Shown here: positions 14,001 to 28,500 of the stretch, piece after piece
How positions within the stretch are numbered: the stretch's first letter is position 1
Layout of the letters: every line of letters starts with the position of its first letter
Assembly: GCA_951406725.2 (NCBI GenBank)
Contig: OX597817.1
Span: 61,690,001 to 61,754,000 of the forward strand
Source of the DNA: Octopus vulgaris
Lineage: Eukaryota
Direction of reading: 5' to 3'
DNA length: 64,000 nt
Program-made: the position numbers and the translations under genes
The notes under the pieces: model-generated
Database searches by the model: none
The model's input: only the letters and a program-made list of their open reading frames with translations
Told to the model about the DNA's origin: nothing

Positions 14001-17000
14001 ACCCAAATTATATTTGTCTTTAGAATTGTTACTTGCTTGGACACCCCATTGTTTTCTGCACATAAAAGGGATGCTTGTGGCAGTCATAATTTTCCATTGC
14101 ACTCTTCAGTTTTTTTTTATTGTTATTAAACATGTCAGTAGTAACTAATAAATACATACACACACAGTTATTCATCAATCTATTCTGTTCCTGTTTTTCT
14201 TTAATGGACATCTGTCTGACATGTACAAATACAAACATAATTTACATCCCCAATCATCATCATCATCATGGAAAATTGAAACACAACTTCACAATCTTAC
14301 TCACACACACACACAAAATTGCTTTTTCCTTTCTCTCTTCTTACGATGGCTAAAAAAATAACCAATTCACATCCTTGTGTTTCATTTGCTTAAAGTTCCA
14401 CTAGTAACTAAATCTGTCTCATGCAGACACAGATATTTTGGAGGGATTTACCCCAACTACTTTTCCTTTAAATATTTAAAGAAGGGTTTAAAAAAAAATG
14501 AAGTAAAAAGCAACAAAATCTCTTTAAAAGTGAAAAAAAAATTGCTTTTGTCTTTTTTTTTTATTATCCCTGTTATTGTATATTTTGGCATGGCAGCCAC
14601 CACAAATGAAAGTATGCAGAGATGAAGTGAACAGCCTCTGGAGACAATCATTTGTGTTGCCAAGACTCAACAGAAAAGACAAAAGAATGAAGAAAGAAAT
14701 TGGAATCCTGATGAAAGGATTGACCTTTTGTCTTGATTTAGTCATTGGACTACTGCCATGCTGGAGCACCACCTTTCCCTCCTTGAATTGTTTAGTGAAA
14801 CAAATCAACTTCAGTACTTATTTAAGCCTGGAATTTATTCTATCAGTCTTTTTCCGCCAAACTGCTGAATTATGGGGATATAAACAAACCAACGTCGTCA
14901 AGTACACACATTAAGACACACATACACAAAAAGCCTCAACACAGTTTCTATTTACCAAGGAATTGGTTGGCCCAGAGTTTTTTTTAAAAGACACTTGCTC
15001 AAGGTGCCATACAGTGGGACTGAACCTGAAACCAATATGCTTGGGGAACCCACTCAGTGTATGACTGGTATTTATCTACCTCTGACTGTTGGGGAATTAG
15101 TACTATAATGCATTTAGTGCATTAGTCTGTCACTTTAAAACTCTTGTTTCTAGTTGAGGAAAGAGATTTGATTAAACATTTGCAAAAGAGACTGAATTGA
15201 TCTGTGATAACATGGGTTAGTGATCAGTCAGAGATTCTGCTTGGACCACAAAAGCATGTCCAAGTGACCATTCACAATGCTCAGGAGAACTTCAGGCCTC
15301 AGAATGAAACCTTTTTTTTCCCATATTTTCATTTATTCATCTCTGATTCATTTAACAACGTTTTTGTTTTTTGGAACCAAAAAGCTGTGATAAACAAGGG
15401 TAGATGCAATAATAATGGTTTGTAACTAAAGCACAAGGATAGTAATTTTTAGGGGTGGTGGTTAGACGATCTCATCAACTTCAGTACTTAAGTAGTACTT
15501 TATTTTAATGACCCTGAAGGGATGAAAGGCAAAGTTGATCTCAGCAGGATTGAAGCTTGAAATGTGAACAACTGGAAGAAATACCTTGAAACGTATTTTC
15601 TAATTCTTCAATGATTCCGCGAGATCACTGCCGTTGCCTATCTTCTCTGCCTCCCTGATACATTAAAGAAGTATCTACCTTCTAAGGTGTCTCTTGTTAA
15701 ATGTAATTGCCCTGAGGTGGGGCTGGGGAGGTGCTGTGAAGCAAAGGCATTGCTGTGTGATTTGGAAATTTGATTCCTGACTATGTAGTTTTAGGTTCAA
15801 TTTTATTGTGTGGCACCTCTTTAGTCCTAAGCTGACCAAAACCTTGTGAGTGGATTTGGTTTTGGAAACTGAAGGAAGCCTGTCATGTGTGTGATGTGTA
15901 TTTGGAGAAAACAAATTATCTTCAAACAAGGCTGTTCCAGAATTCATTCTTTCTACATCTAATTCTGCTACTAACTCTGCCACAAAACTATATTCTGTGT
16001 TATGGTCGAGATTTAGCTCTCTCACCAGCACCTTTTCTCTTTGAGTATTCTATAACTACATTTCCTGGTCAGGGAGGGCAGTTTCAAATCGTTTTGATTT
16101 TATTTCCTTTATATCCCCAACACACCCTCGCTGTGTTCCCTTGGGCAAGCATTTTCTCTCATATTCCTCCTACCTTATCTTTCATAAAATACCCAACTTC
16201 CAATGTTTACCTTTTTCAAATACTAAAATATTGCTTGGATTATAGACATATTGGCTCAGGTGTGGCTTTGTTGTTAAGAAGGTCACTTTATGACCATATG
16301 GTTTCAAGTTCAGTCCCACTGCACAGCATCTTGGGCAAATGTCTTCTACTAGGGCCCTGGGTCAACCAAAGGGTTGTGAGCGGATTTGATTGATGGAAAC
16401 TGAAAGTTTATTATGTATGTGTGTGTGTGTGTTATTGTCTCCTTGCCTTGTCCTTGCATGATAGTCAGGAACGAATGCTATCATCATGCAACCAATGCCC
16501 TTCATTTTTAGTCATTCTCTGAAAGCATGTCTAGTCATGAGAAAGTATTTACCTTAATTGTAAACAGATGAGGGCTGGTAACAGGTCATCTAGCCAGAAA
16601 GTATCTGCCTCAACAAATTCTTGGACATTAAAACAACGATGATATATATATAACTGGAGTATGAGAAACAGACAATTGAGACATGGTTTCCTGGCTCACT
16701 TAGAAGAGAACAATAACTCTAAGTAAGAGCTTACTTGGACTGTCACGATCTGCTCATCTAATGCCAACAGAGTAAATAAATGTAAAGTGATGATGATTAT
16801 GGTGACAATAAGGATTACCAATGTCTGCTAATAAATAACCTTCCACTGTTTGGGAAGAAGAGTCAATCAGTTGGATTCCTTTCTCAAGCTGGCAAAGCAC
16901 TTTCAGTTCCTCAGGAAGGAAGGTTCTCCATTTTGACTTTAGTGTTGTTATAATTGTTGTTTCTATCACGGGCACAAGGCTTGAAATTTTGGAGCGGGTG

Positions 17001-17683
17001 GGATAGATGATTACATTGACCCCAGTGATCAACTGGTACTTATTTTATCAAACCCCCAAAGGATGAAAGGTACAGTCAGCCTCAGCGGGATTTGAACTCA
17101 AAGTGTAAACACAGAGGAAATGCTACTAAGCGTTTTGTCCAGCATGCTTATGCTTCTGCCCTCTGGTGTTGTAATAATACAGCAATCGGAGGAGTTGAGG
17201 TCTGTACCTCAATTCAGGTGAATTACTCAGGAGTTACTACAATGTGTTGGGTCAAGGTGCATTGGAAATATTAACAAGGGGAAAAAAAAAAAGAAAGAAA
17301 CAAATCTAGCCTCGTCAGTGTTACATATCCATCCAACAGCTGAAGTGGTGAGGGCTGAAATGACATGAAACTAGTGAAGATGGTGGTGGTAGTAGTAGTA
17401 GTAGCAGCAACAGTGTTGACAAGGATGAGAATGTTGCGGTTTGTTTATAGTTAGTTTCTGAAAGAAAGCAAGGAGTGCTTTTGTTAGATTAAAGACTTGC
17501 AAACATATATACATACATATGGGGCCCTTTTAAAATAACCTTAGTTTTGTTATGATGTACAGAGAAAATACACAGTGAAATATAAGATCCATGTTAAGAA
17601 AAGTAATTTCCTTTTTAGGGTCTCAAATGCAGCAGTAAGTAGGAGGGTAATACAGCTTTCCCTATTTTATGTATGTGTGAGTG

Positions 17684-17740
<57 letters not shown>

Positions 17741-17763
17741 GTGGAGATGTATGAGTGTATGCA

Positions 17764-17808
<45 letters not shown>

Positions 17809-18744
17809 TCCTTGTAGAGTAGATATTTTATCTCTTTACATACTCAAGTCAGCTCACTAATTGCTCTGCTGATGAGTTTCAGTAAGAGTGGTGAGGTAGA
17901 GGCAGGAAGAGGGGTGGGCAATGCTATAATCTTCATCATCATCACCTCCTCTTCTTCTGGCTCATTGCCCCCTTCAAAAGATGGTATGGTTAACTTAGCT
18001 TTTACACATTTCTGCAAAAATGTTTTATTTGTAACTATAGAAGGCAATTATCTTCTAAAATTATTTTTCTCTCTCACCTTTTCCTCCATCTTCTTGCCAT
18101 CTTTTTTCTCGTTTCTTTTTGTCATTTTACCACTTTTGAGAAAAGGGGAAAAGAAAAAGGTGGTAGTTGTATAATTAAAACACAGGGTGTTACTTTTGCT
18201 GTTGGTGTTACGTGTGCTGTAACAGATAGAGTGAAAAAGCTTATCAGCAGGTCTCATTGGCTAACGAATTAATTTGATATAAAAACGAAACAAAAATCTA
18301 GAAGGGAAGGAACAAGGGCGGTGATTGCTGTAGGATTAATCGTAGCGGTGGTGGTGGTGATGGTGGTAGTATCAGAAGGCAACCAAAAATTCTTGAAGCC
18401 AACTGTATGAAACTATTTGTTGCATCATTGCTATGATTCCTTATTAACAACAACAACAATACTACTATGACTACTACTACTAATAATAATGCTTTCTATT
18501 ATAGGCACAAGGCCTGAAATTTGGGGGAGGGGAATAGTCGATTACATCAACCTCAGTACCTGACAGGTATTTATTTTATTAGCCCTGAAAGGATTAAAGG
18601 GCAAAGTTGACCTCAGCAGGATTTCAGCCCAGAATGTAAAAAGCCAAAAGAAATGACAGAAAGCATTTTGCCTCCGAGGCTAGCAATTCTGCCAGCTCTT
18701 TCCATTTGACAATGGTCATAATTCTTTGTATGTTGTTGCTGTCT

Positions 18745-18827
<83 letters not shown>

Positions 18828-20092
18828 TTTCCTGTACTTCCTTCATGTTGGGTAACCATGTATTTCCTTTGCGGTAGCGCACCTGTTTCTCTCTTCATTC
18901 CTGATCTCTCTCTCTCTCTCTCTCTGGCTGGGTAACCTTGTGCCCCACCTCTACAGCAAGACACTCCTTTCTGTCTCTCTGGCCTCACTATAACCTTTCA
19001 TCATCTGACACAAGATCACCTCCTCCAAAGCCCCCTCCCCTCTCTTTTTTCTTTTGTTTGTTTTTTGTCTTGCAAGTACTTGGTGACCCTCTCAGTGCAG
19101 GTGCCACTTAAAAGCACCCAGTCCACACTGTAAAGTGGTTGGTGCTTTGAATGGTGTCCAACTGTAAAAATCCTGCCAAAACAGTCACAGAGGTCTGGTG
19201 CAGGCTTCTGCCTGGCCAACTCTTGTGAAACATCCACCTTCCATGCCAGTATGAAAGCAAATGATGATGATGATGTATATATAGGCGTATGTATGTATGT
19301 GTGTGTGAATATATATATATATATGGTAAATCCCAAAAAATGAAGAACAAACGAAGGACGTAGTACATGTATAAAGTATTAGCAGATGCTCAGGGAAGGA
19401 AAGAAAAGTGGTTTTACATTTTGAGCAGAGCTCTTCTTCAGAAACAGGAAAATCCAAAAGAAAGGGAAGACAGAGGAAGAAAATTGCCAATGATTCACAT
19501 GTGGTTACATTTTGAAAATATATATATACATATACATGTGTATATGTAGATATATATGTGTATGTATACATGTGTATATGTTTGTATGTTTATGTAGATA
19601 TGTGTATGTATACATGTGTATATATATATATGTATATTATCATCATCACCATTACAATCTTTAATGTCCATTTTCCATGCTGACATGGCTTGGACAGTTT
19701 GACTGAAGTCTGGAGAGCCAGTGGCTGCACCAGACTCCAATCTGATCTGGCAGTGTTTCTACAGCTGGATGCCCTTCCTAATGCCAACCACTCCGAGTGT
19801 ATTGGGTGCTTTTATGTGCCACCGACACAGGAGCCAGTCAGTGGGTACTGGCATTGGCTATGTTTGGATGGTGCTTTTACATGCCACTGGCACGGGAGCC
19901 AGTCAGGCGACAAATACCTAACATACATATAAGTGCAGGAGTAGCTTGCTTACCAACCACATGGTTCAGGGTTCAGTCCCACAGCGTGGAACCTTGGGGA
20001 AGTGTCTTCTACTACAGCCTCAGGCTGGCCAAAGCCTTTTGAATGTATTTGGTAGAGGGAGACTGAAAGAAGCCCATCGTACATATATGTGT

Positions 20093-20140
<48 letters not shown>

Positions 20141-21869
20141 ATGTTTGTGAGTCTGTGTTTGTCCCCCCACCATCGTTTGACAACTGCTGCTGGTGTGTTT
20201 ATATTCCTGTAATCTAGCAGTTCAGCAAAAGAAACCAATAGAATAAGTTCTGGGGTTGATTTGTCTGACCAAATGTGGTGCTCCAGCATGGCTGCAAATG
20301 ACTGAAATAAATAAAAGAATATACAAAAAAAAAAAAACTAGACAACTGGTTATAGTTATCTGAAGCCACCACCACCACCACAAACCAATTAGTGATGAGA
20401 TATTTACAATATTTATATTACTATATAATAAACTAATTTTAACCATCATGTTTGCCCCTCTCCATCCTCATCATCAATGGAGTGTAATGTATATTGTGTT
20501 ATGTACAACATCATCTGATAACTCTGATATACTTGGTACCATTTGGTGACCCTGCAATAAACCCTCATCTAGTTTCCTTTTCATGTGGTGGATTATGTTA
20601 TCATATTAGAGTATCTGTTGCAGGATGTGTCTGTCTGTCTGTCACCTCATACTCTACATGAAATGCGATATATATCATTTGATAACTTTAAAGTTCCTTA
20701 TTGTGGATGTTTGGTGGGGGAGGGGAGGTATTTTGGAAATATGGCTGTACTTAAATATTATCTTCTCTGGGATTTTTTTTATTAGACTTTTGCTTTTTTA
20801 CTTTATCCATATTTAGTTTTGAACAATACTATTCAGAGGTCCATATCTATATTTCTAGACTTTCTCTTTTTGAAGAAATCTTTTTAAAGTGGACAGAAAT
20901 CATGGGAATGATGTTAATGACAATAACATCGACACAAATGCTGAAACCACATTTATGTCCATTAGCAAGCATGGATGTAATCCAGTGGTGCTGATCCTCT
21001 CTGAGTGTTTTTGCTCAAAGTCATCTTTCATTCTCTTAGGGTTGAATTTATTTTCTTTTTTTCATTTGGTAAATTGAACTCTGTCACCACTGAAGTGGGT
21101 TTCAGCAGAACACAATGTTTCTAGTTCTATGTTCTATTGTGTCATCTCATGTGAGAATTAAGACCTCTTTGGGATTTACAGATCCAGTTGTTGCCATATT
21201 AAATGGCTAGACTCATTCCATCTTTACTGTATTCATACAATTTGCAACATCAAATGGGCAGCCTTAGTGCCTAGCATCAGAGCTAAACTGACCATAAAAG
21301 GGGGCTTTAGGTAAGCGAGTGTCTTTCATGCATACCGCTTGGCCAACCTGTCTCGGTTCCCTATGCCTAGAATGTCACATCTTGGAAGAGCCTGTGTTGG
21401 AGAACACAGGCTCTTCTAAGATGTGACAACCGAGATGGGTTGGCCATGCAGTATGCATGAAAGACACTCGCTTACCTAAAGCCCCCTTTTATGGTCAGTT
21501 TAGCTCTGATGCTAGGCACTAAGGCTGTCCACTGCACTGTTATAGGGACACTCTAAAGATCTACTTGAAAATCTGCAATATAAAACTGAAAACATGCAAA
21601 TTGCTGGCACTGAATAGAGCTCAGTGCAGTGCAGTGTTTGCTTTGAAGCAATCAGGATCAACATCGTAATGGAGAGAAAAGGCCCAACATAGAGTTGGAT
21701 CCATTCTACTCCCAAACTATTTTGGAGACAGTGACAGACTTTGCTGCTGTATTATTGTTCTAAAATAAAGACAAAAGGAGGACTAATATTAAGATAGGTG
21801 GCCCTCGATGGAAAAATGGGAAGACAGCTGTGTTTTCAATATGACATGTTTAGTGTAAAACATCTTTAC

Positions 21870-21907
<38 letters not shown>

Positions 21908-24900
21908 ATATCTGTTTCTTTATGCTTGCATGGATTGTAAATTTTCTAAAGCTAGATAATCTTCCTGTTGCCTGTTTCCAAATGACTCTTTCACTTTGCT
22001 ACGCATATATTGCAAGTTGGTGATCCACTTCTTTACACCGTTTATGAAGCTAGGGACATAATCATTAATATAAAGATGCTAGCATGTGATCTATTCAATT
22101 ATCTTATCTACATTATACAGTTATATGATCTGATAATTTCATTATAAATGCATGAGGTGCATGGGTGTTTGCTTGCCTTCTTGGAGGAGGGGATCATCTT
22201 GTATATATGGAAGGGGATTTCCAGTAGACACATACTCACTCACTCACTCCATACATGCATTCACACACATCTGCATTTGTGTTCACGTGTGTGTGCGTGC
22301 ATGCACACTATATATTATGCATATTAATAATCAACAGAAATTACAGGGTGACCCAAGGGATCAGTTATTTTCCTGTTTGCAACACCACCAAACTTACAAA
22401 TACATACACGCACACATACATATATGTACATATATACACACATACATACATACATACATACATATTTTTATTTGCATCAGTCATTTGACTGCAGCCATGA
22501 GGAGCACCACCTTTTAGTTGAACAAATTGCATCCAGGATTTATTCTTTGTAGGCCTGGTACTTATTCCCTCAGTCTCTTTTGCTGAACCACTGAGTTAAC
22601 ATCAGTTGCCAAGTGATGGTGCAGGTACAAACACAAAGACACCCACATCCATGTGTGTGTACGTGCGCACAAAATCAAATAATATTTTGCCTTGTGTAAA
22701 GATGGTTATTTCATTTCACTATTTTTTTTTCCTGTTTATCTTTGTGAAGAGAAAGATGGATGTGTTAGATGCCTCTTGTCATCTTTTCTGCTTGGAGACA
22801 GGGAAACTAGACAAGCTAGCTAAGATATCATTTGATAGCGATGGCAACAAGGATTTGATAACTTTGATGTCAATTTTGTCTTATCTCTGAGAGCAAGAAA
22901 CAGACAGACAATCCAACAGACCTTAATTTATCTACTTTTTGTAGTTCCACTCCTTTCTATGCCATCTTTATCTTGGGTGTTTTTTTTTTTTTTGATGTTG
23001 GTTTGCATGAGACAAGTCTTCAGTACAACATCTCAATCACATATACCTTCACTTGTAAGGCCAAATATTTATTGAGGAGGACCTCTGTTCCAAGGTCTTC
23101 CTATTATTCTGGAATGTTCCAAATTACTCTTTCTGGCTCCTCTTTAATTTCAAAGAAGCTCTTGTAGCCCTCATTTTGTTGGTTCTGTTCCTTATTAACC
23201 ATGTGGTAAAATGTTTGCTTCTTAGCCATATGGTTTCAACTTCAGTGCACTGCTTGGCACCTGAGACAGGTGTCTCAAAGAAATTATCTTACTTGGGGAA
23301 ATGTGATGATTGGCAACATAAAAGGCATCCAGCTGTAGAAAATCTGCTTCACTAAACACTGCCCAACTCATATAAGCATGGATAAAGTGAATGATGCGAT
23401 GATGTATCCTGATTGTTGTGGCAACGCACCCCCTCCCCCCATCCTTAACGCACTGTAAATTTCTGTACTGTTTTTATTATTTTTTTGTTGTTTTGCCAAG
23501 CGTTCCACCTTTGTACAGTCCCCAACATCTTGGAACCTGTGACTAATACAAAAATCCTCTCTTTCTGCTATTGCCACTACTACTACTACAAAATGATGGG
23601 ACGTCAGGAATGGTAGTTTGGGATTAAATCTTATTTTCGTAATTCATTCTTTTAAATTCTGTAAATGTTAACTTTGCTGTCTTTCATCTTTGATTTTAAA
23701 AAAACCACCACTGTATTCCCTCCCGTCCCACTATCAAAAAATTTGTGGTCCCTGTATGAATATATCATCAGGGTGGAGAATGGGTGGAGTAGAGCACCAA
23801 ACTGCCAGGTTGTATATAGTAACAGTTGTTCACTATTTTTAGTATTTTAGGGCTACTAAAATATGTATGGGTCATGCACGAGATTGATATAACTATTACA
23901 GCTCTTCTTCTTACCCAATAAAATGTGTGGTTCTGTTCCTGTGAAAGTTGTCGGGGTAGAGTTCTCAGTTACCTTATCCATATTTTACACTTTTATTGCT
24001 AGATTCCTAAGAGTGACCAACTCAAACTATGAACTGTGCAACCATCAAATTCTTGTTCTAACCCTAGATCTCCTGCCATTCAGCCTGGTTTGAAGAATTT
24101 ATCTTGTGATTCTTTCCTGCAACATATCAGAGCTGTGACCTCTCAGTGCAGAGAAATAATGGCTTATCCTGGAGATCAACCTTGATCTCTGAGCTTTATA
24201 CCTTGTCGAGTAATGTCATTCCAGAAATCCTTCAGATGCTCCCCATTTTGGTCACTTGTATTCACAATTGTACTCTTTTGGTTATTACCCAACATTCATG
24301 ATGATAGGGGAGGAGCGGCACATAAACTAAATTGAAAATAGCAAGTTTGTGACTGTGTTAGAATTTCTTATCATGAAGATAGCAATTTGTATGACAAGTG
24401 CGTTATCAACGTGACGGTGATAAAAAAAAAAACCCAATTGTCTTTCATCAATAGAATTTGAGACTAGTTTTAGATCTGGCATCCAACCATTTCTGTCATT
24501 CCAGCATCATCATGATAACAACAACAACAATGGATTTTGAATTTTGGCACAAGGCCAGTAGAATAGGGTGTTGATTACATCGACCCCAGTGATCAACTGG
24601 TATTTATTTTATTGAAGGCGGCGAGCTGGCAGAAACGTTAGCACGCCGGGCGAAATGCGTAGCCGTAATTCGTCTGTTGTTACGTTGTGAGTTCAAATTC
24701 CGCCGAGGTCGACTTTGCCTTTCATCCTTTCGGGGTCAATAAGTACTAGTTACACACTGGAGTCGATGTAATCGACTTAATACCTATGTCTGTCTTTGTC
24801 CCTTCTATGTTTAGCCCCTTGTGGGTAATAAAGAAATAGGTATTTATTTTATTGACCCTGAAAGGATGAAAGGCAAAATCAACCTCAGTGGAATTTGAAC

Positions 24901-25491
24901 TCAGTACATAAAGATGAACAAAATGCTACAGAGCATTTTGTCCGATGTGCTAACAATTCTGCCAGCTTGCCATCTTAATAATAATAATGATAACAATAAT
25001 AATAATAGTTGTTGTTGTTGCTGTGTCATAATTAAATCTGCAACAGATGCAGTCTGTTTTAATGAGATAATTTGTTGGCAGCTGAAAGGATAAAAAAAAT
25101 CTGTTAATGAGGAAGGTGGAGGTAGATGTGTGAGGTGCAGAATTACAGTATATTCCCAACGATTATTTTTGAATTTTTTTTTAAAAGCTTTAACAAGAAC
25201 AGCATGATAACAAACAGCAAGAATAACAGAAATGCTAACAATAAAACTAAGGAGCCAGGAGGGAATAGATAATAATGATTTCATGCAATAGCACAGCCCC
25301 CCACTCTAATTGTAATGTTTGGGGCAGTGCACTTGATTCGGTCGGCTCCAGTAGATGATTATTGCTTATTTGTTTGCGGATGGGTGTTAGGCTGAGCAAT
25401 GAGAGAAGTCAACCCCAGCAGATGAAATGCAAATTTTTTCTAAAGCCTTGTTCATATCCTATCAGTCTTATTTGCCAAACAGCTAAGGCAC

Positions 25492-25527
<36 letters not shown>

Positions 25528-28500
25528 ACATGATGGGCTTCTTTCAGTTTCCATCTACCAAATCCATTCATAGGGCTTTGGTCAATCCAAGGCTATGGTA
25601 ATAGACACTTGCCCAAGGTGTCATGCAACTGGATTGAACCCAGAATTGTGAGGTTGGGAAATAAGCTTTTTACCATACAGCCACATTGGTCCAACATGCT
25701 ATCATTTCTGCCTGAATGAATTAATAACAGCTAAAATTTATTTTAATTACCACGGGAACATTGGAGGATAGGGACATTGAATGAAGACAAGTTCCCTCAT
25801 TTAATCATTTCATACTGTTTTATGCTTGATTTTTTACTTGCACTCTGGGCAAAGCTAAAACTTAGGAAGGGAAAAGATTTTGTATCAAGATTTCACACCA
25901 TGGTTTGGGTGCAATTTACACACAAGTCATCATCACCATTTAATGTCCATTTTCCATGTTGGTATGGAGTGGGTGGTTTGACTGGAGCCCGTAAGGCCAG
26001 GGCCCACATCAGGCTCCATTCTCTGTTCTGACATGGTTTCTATGGGTGGATTCTCTTCTTCATGCCAACCACTCTTTATGTGGCACCAGCACCAGTATCC
26101 ATTCTGCTGATATATAAAGTGTGGAAGATTTACATATGTATCAAACAAATTTGAAAAGTACAGAATATAAATAGGTTGATGATACAGTTCTGATGTAGGA
26201 GCTCCTCCAACTAAGGCCAGTTAAAGAACCCCGCAGATCCAGGATCACCCTGACCACCAACCATAAGTATGTGCTGAGAATCAAATCATTCACTCATGCC
26301 ATTATTCTTGTTACTGCAGGGTTTGACCAAAGAAGAAAGTGTTGCCACAACCACTTTGTAGTGGATCTCTGAATATAAGCAATAAACCACATAACTTGGG
26401 GTAGGATGGTGTAATTTATTTGATTGATACTGAAATGGATGAAGGCAAAGATGACCTCAGTAAAATCTGAAGTCAACATGCTTATGGAATTCAGTGTAGA
26501 CTATCGAAATCCAAAAGCCTTTATGATTATAAGTGGAAATCGTCATGTTGAAATAAGTATGTGCTCAAACTGACAAATAGCAGATACTGCCCCCTCTCCA
26601 CACACACAAAATAAAATTAGTCTTCCCACCACTGCAATTATCATTTAACATCTTTTCTTCCTCTGTTGGATGGTTCAACAGGAACCAGCAAAGCAGATGG
26701 TTGCGCTCAGCTCCAATGGCTGCTTTCGCATGGTTTCTACAGCTGTAAACCCTTCCTAACACCAACCACTGGGTGTATTGGGTACTCTTTTTCATGGTAC
26801 CACCTCTGGTGAAGTCATCAAATACTTGTGCAAAAAGAAAAAGAAATGATCCCTCAAATGAGTTGGGTTTAGGTATTCAGGGAGCAATATACAGTTTACA
26901 TCCATGTAACTCTTCTCTCCTCCTCATCAGTTGCCATGGTGTTGGACAAGTTGTAAAAGTCTAACAATCATCTGAATTTTATTAACCCTGTTGATACAAG
27001 TCTACCTGAGACTGCCCTTGGTTCTGTGATACGAATTACCTATTTTAAAGTGATCTAAATTTAAATCTTCCATCAAAATTCCTTGTTATGTTCCAAATAG
27101 CAGCTTAACAACAAAATTAGTTTCTTAAATTCTTCATGAATTCTAAAATGAATTAAAACAAAAGGTAGAATATTTTAACAGAAATTTGGTAACAAAAGGA
27201 TCAAATAAATTGTTTGCCTTCTTTTCAATCCTCATGGCTTTCCTTTCCCATCTAATGTTGGTACTCTGCAGAGGTGGGAGGTAAAGTCTATTCTGACAGG
27301 GATTTGAACTCAGAATTTTAATGTTGAAACTCAAAAGTAAATAAATGCTCCAGAACCTATTTTTCTGTTCTTCTGCTCCTCCACCATCACCTTCTGTTAA
27401 AACAAACAACTTCCTCTTCACACTACCATCTCATCCTCTTCCCCCTCCTCCTTCAGACAGACGGCTGTGCTAATGTATCTATGAATTTTCCCACCACTTT
27501 ACAAGTGTCTTGAGTTTCCAACTTCCCTAACTTACAAAAGAAAGAAGGATCCCTACCCCCTATTTTTTTTTTTCATAATGTATAAACTGTCTCTGCCACA
27601 TGTGGGTTTACAACAGTACATAAGTATGTGTGTGTGTGGTGCAATAGGTCTGAGTTTGCAACAGTGAGTGTGAATCAGTAAAACCTACCCGCATCTTCCA
27701 CACACACACACACACACTCTGTCCTTGATTTCTACCTAGGACTATTACTGTTGTTATATCATTAGACAGCCAGAGGACCATCTGTAGAGATGTATGTTCT
27801 TGCTCATAAACTGCAAAGATGGGAGGAATTCCTTTCTTCTCTTCTTTTTTTTTTGCCCCTCATTTTTTTTCCTCTTTGCCTGTTTACATGTGTGTGTAAG
27901 TTCCCCATCCCCATTACAACATGCTTCTCTCTCTCTCCTCACTTAGCTAGAGCAGAGGAGGGCAAGCATCTCAAATAGCAGTGCCCAAATAAGTTCCTCT
28001 AAACCCCATCATCTAACCAGAACAAGACACATCAACTACAGCGTTTGTTGCACACCTCACAACAAATCAGACCTAATAAAAAGCTTCTCAGATTCCTCTA
28101 ATTTTATTATTATTGCTATTAAAGTGGCAAGCTGGCAAAATGTTTAGGGCCATTTCGTCCATCTTTATGTTTTGAGTTCAAATTATGCTGTGGTTAACTT
28201 TGCCTTTCATCCTTTCAGGGTTGATAAAATAGGGACCAGTGCAGTACTGGGATTGATGTAATTAACTTACTTGCCCTCCCCACCCCCAAAAGAATTACTG
28301 GCCTTGTGCCAAAATTTGAAACTTGGCTCAGGTTTGGTCTTATTCCTGGTGGGATTTATGTGGGTAATGGGGTACTACCTGTAACCTTAGCTATCCACAA
28401 GTTTTCAGCAGTCTTTCAAGTGCTTAGAACCTTCCTGATAATCCTTGCTGTCCCCAAGAGACAAATTTTCTATAGGAGCTCTACCAGGCAGGCCTTTACT

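Noticed and set aside
14457-14663. Minus ORF with signal-peptide-like [20 protein letters not shown] (nested gene?)
   Set aside because: No splice donor or further exons; it runs into low-complexity A tracts.
17844-18011. Minus-strand segment bounded by ttttgcag and gtatgt (antisense exon?)
   Set aside because: All three frames contain a stop and there is no homology; such splice-like pairs arise by chance.
21255-21531. Interpretation of the hairpin as a MITE
   Set aside because: No TSD, and the arms are RTE coding sequence continuous with both flanks.
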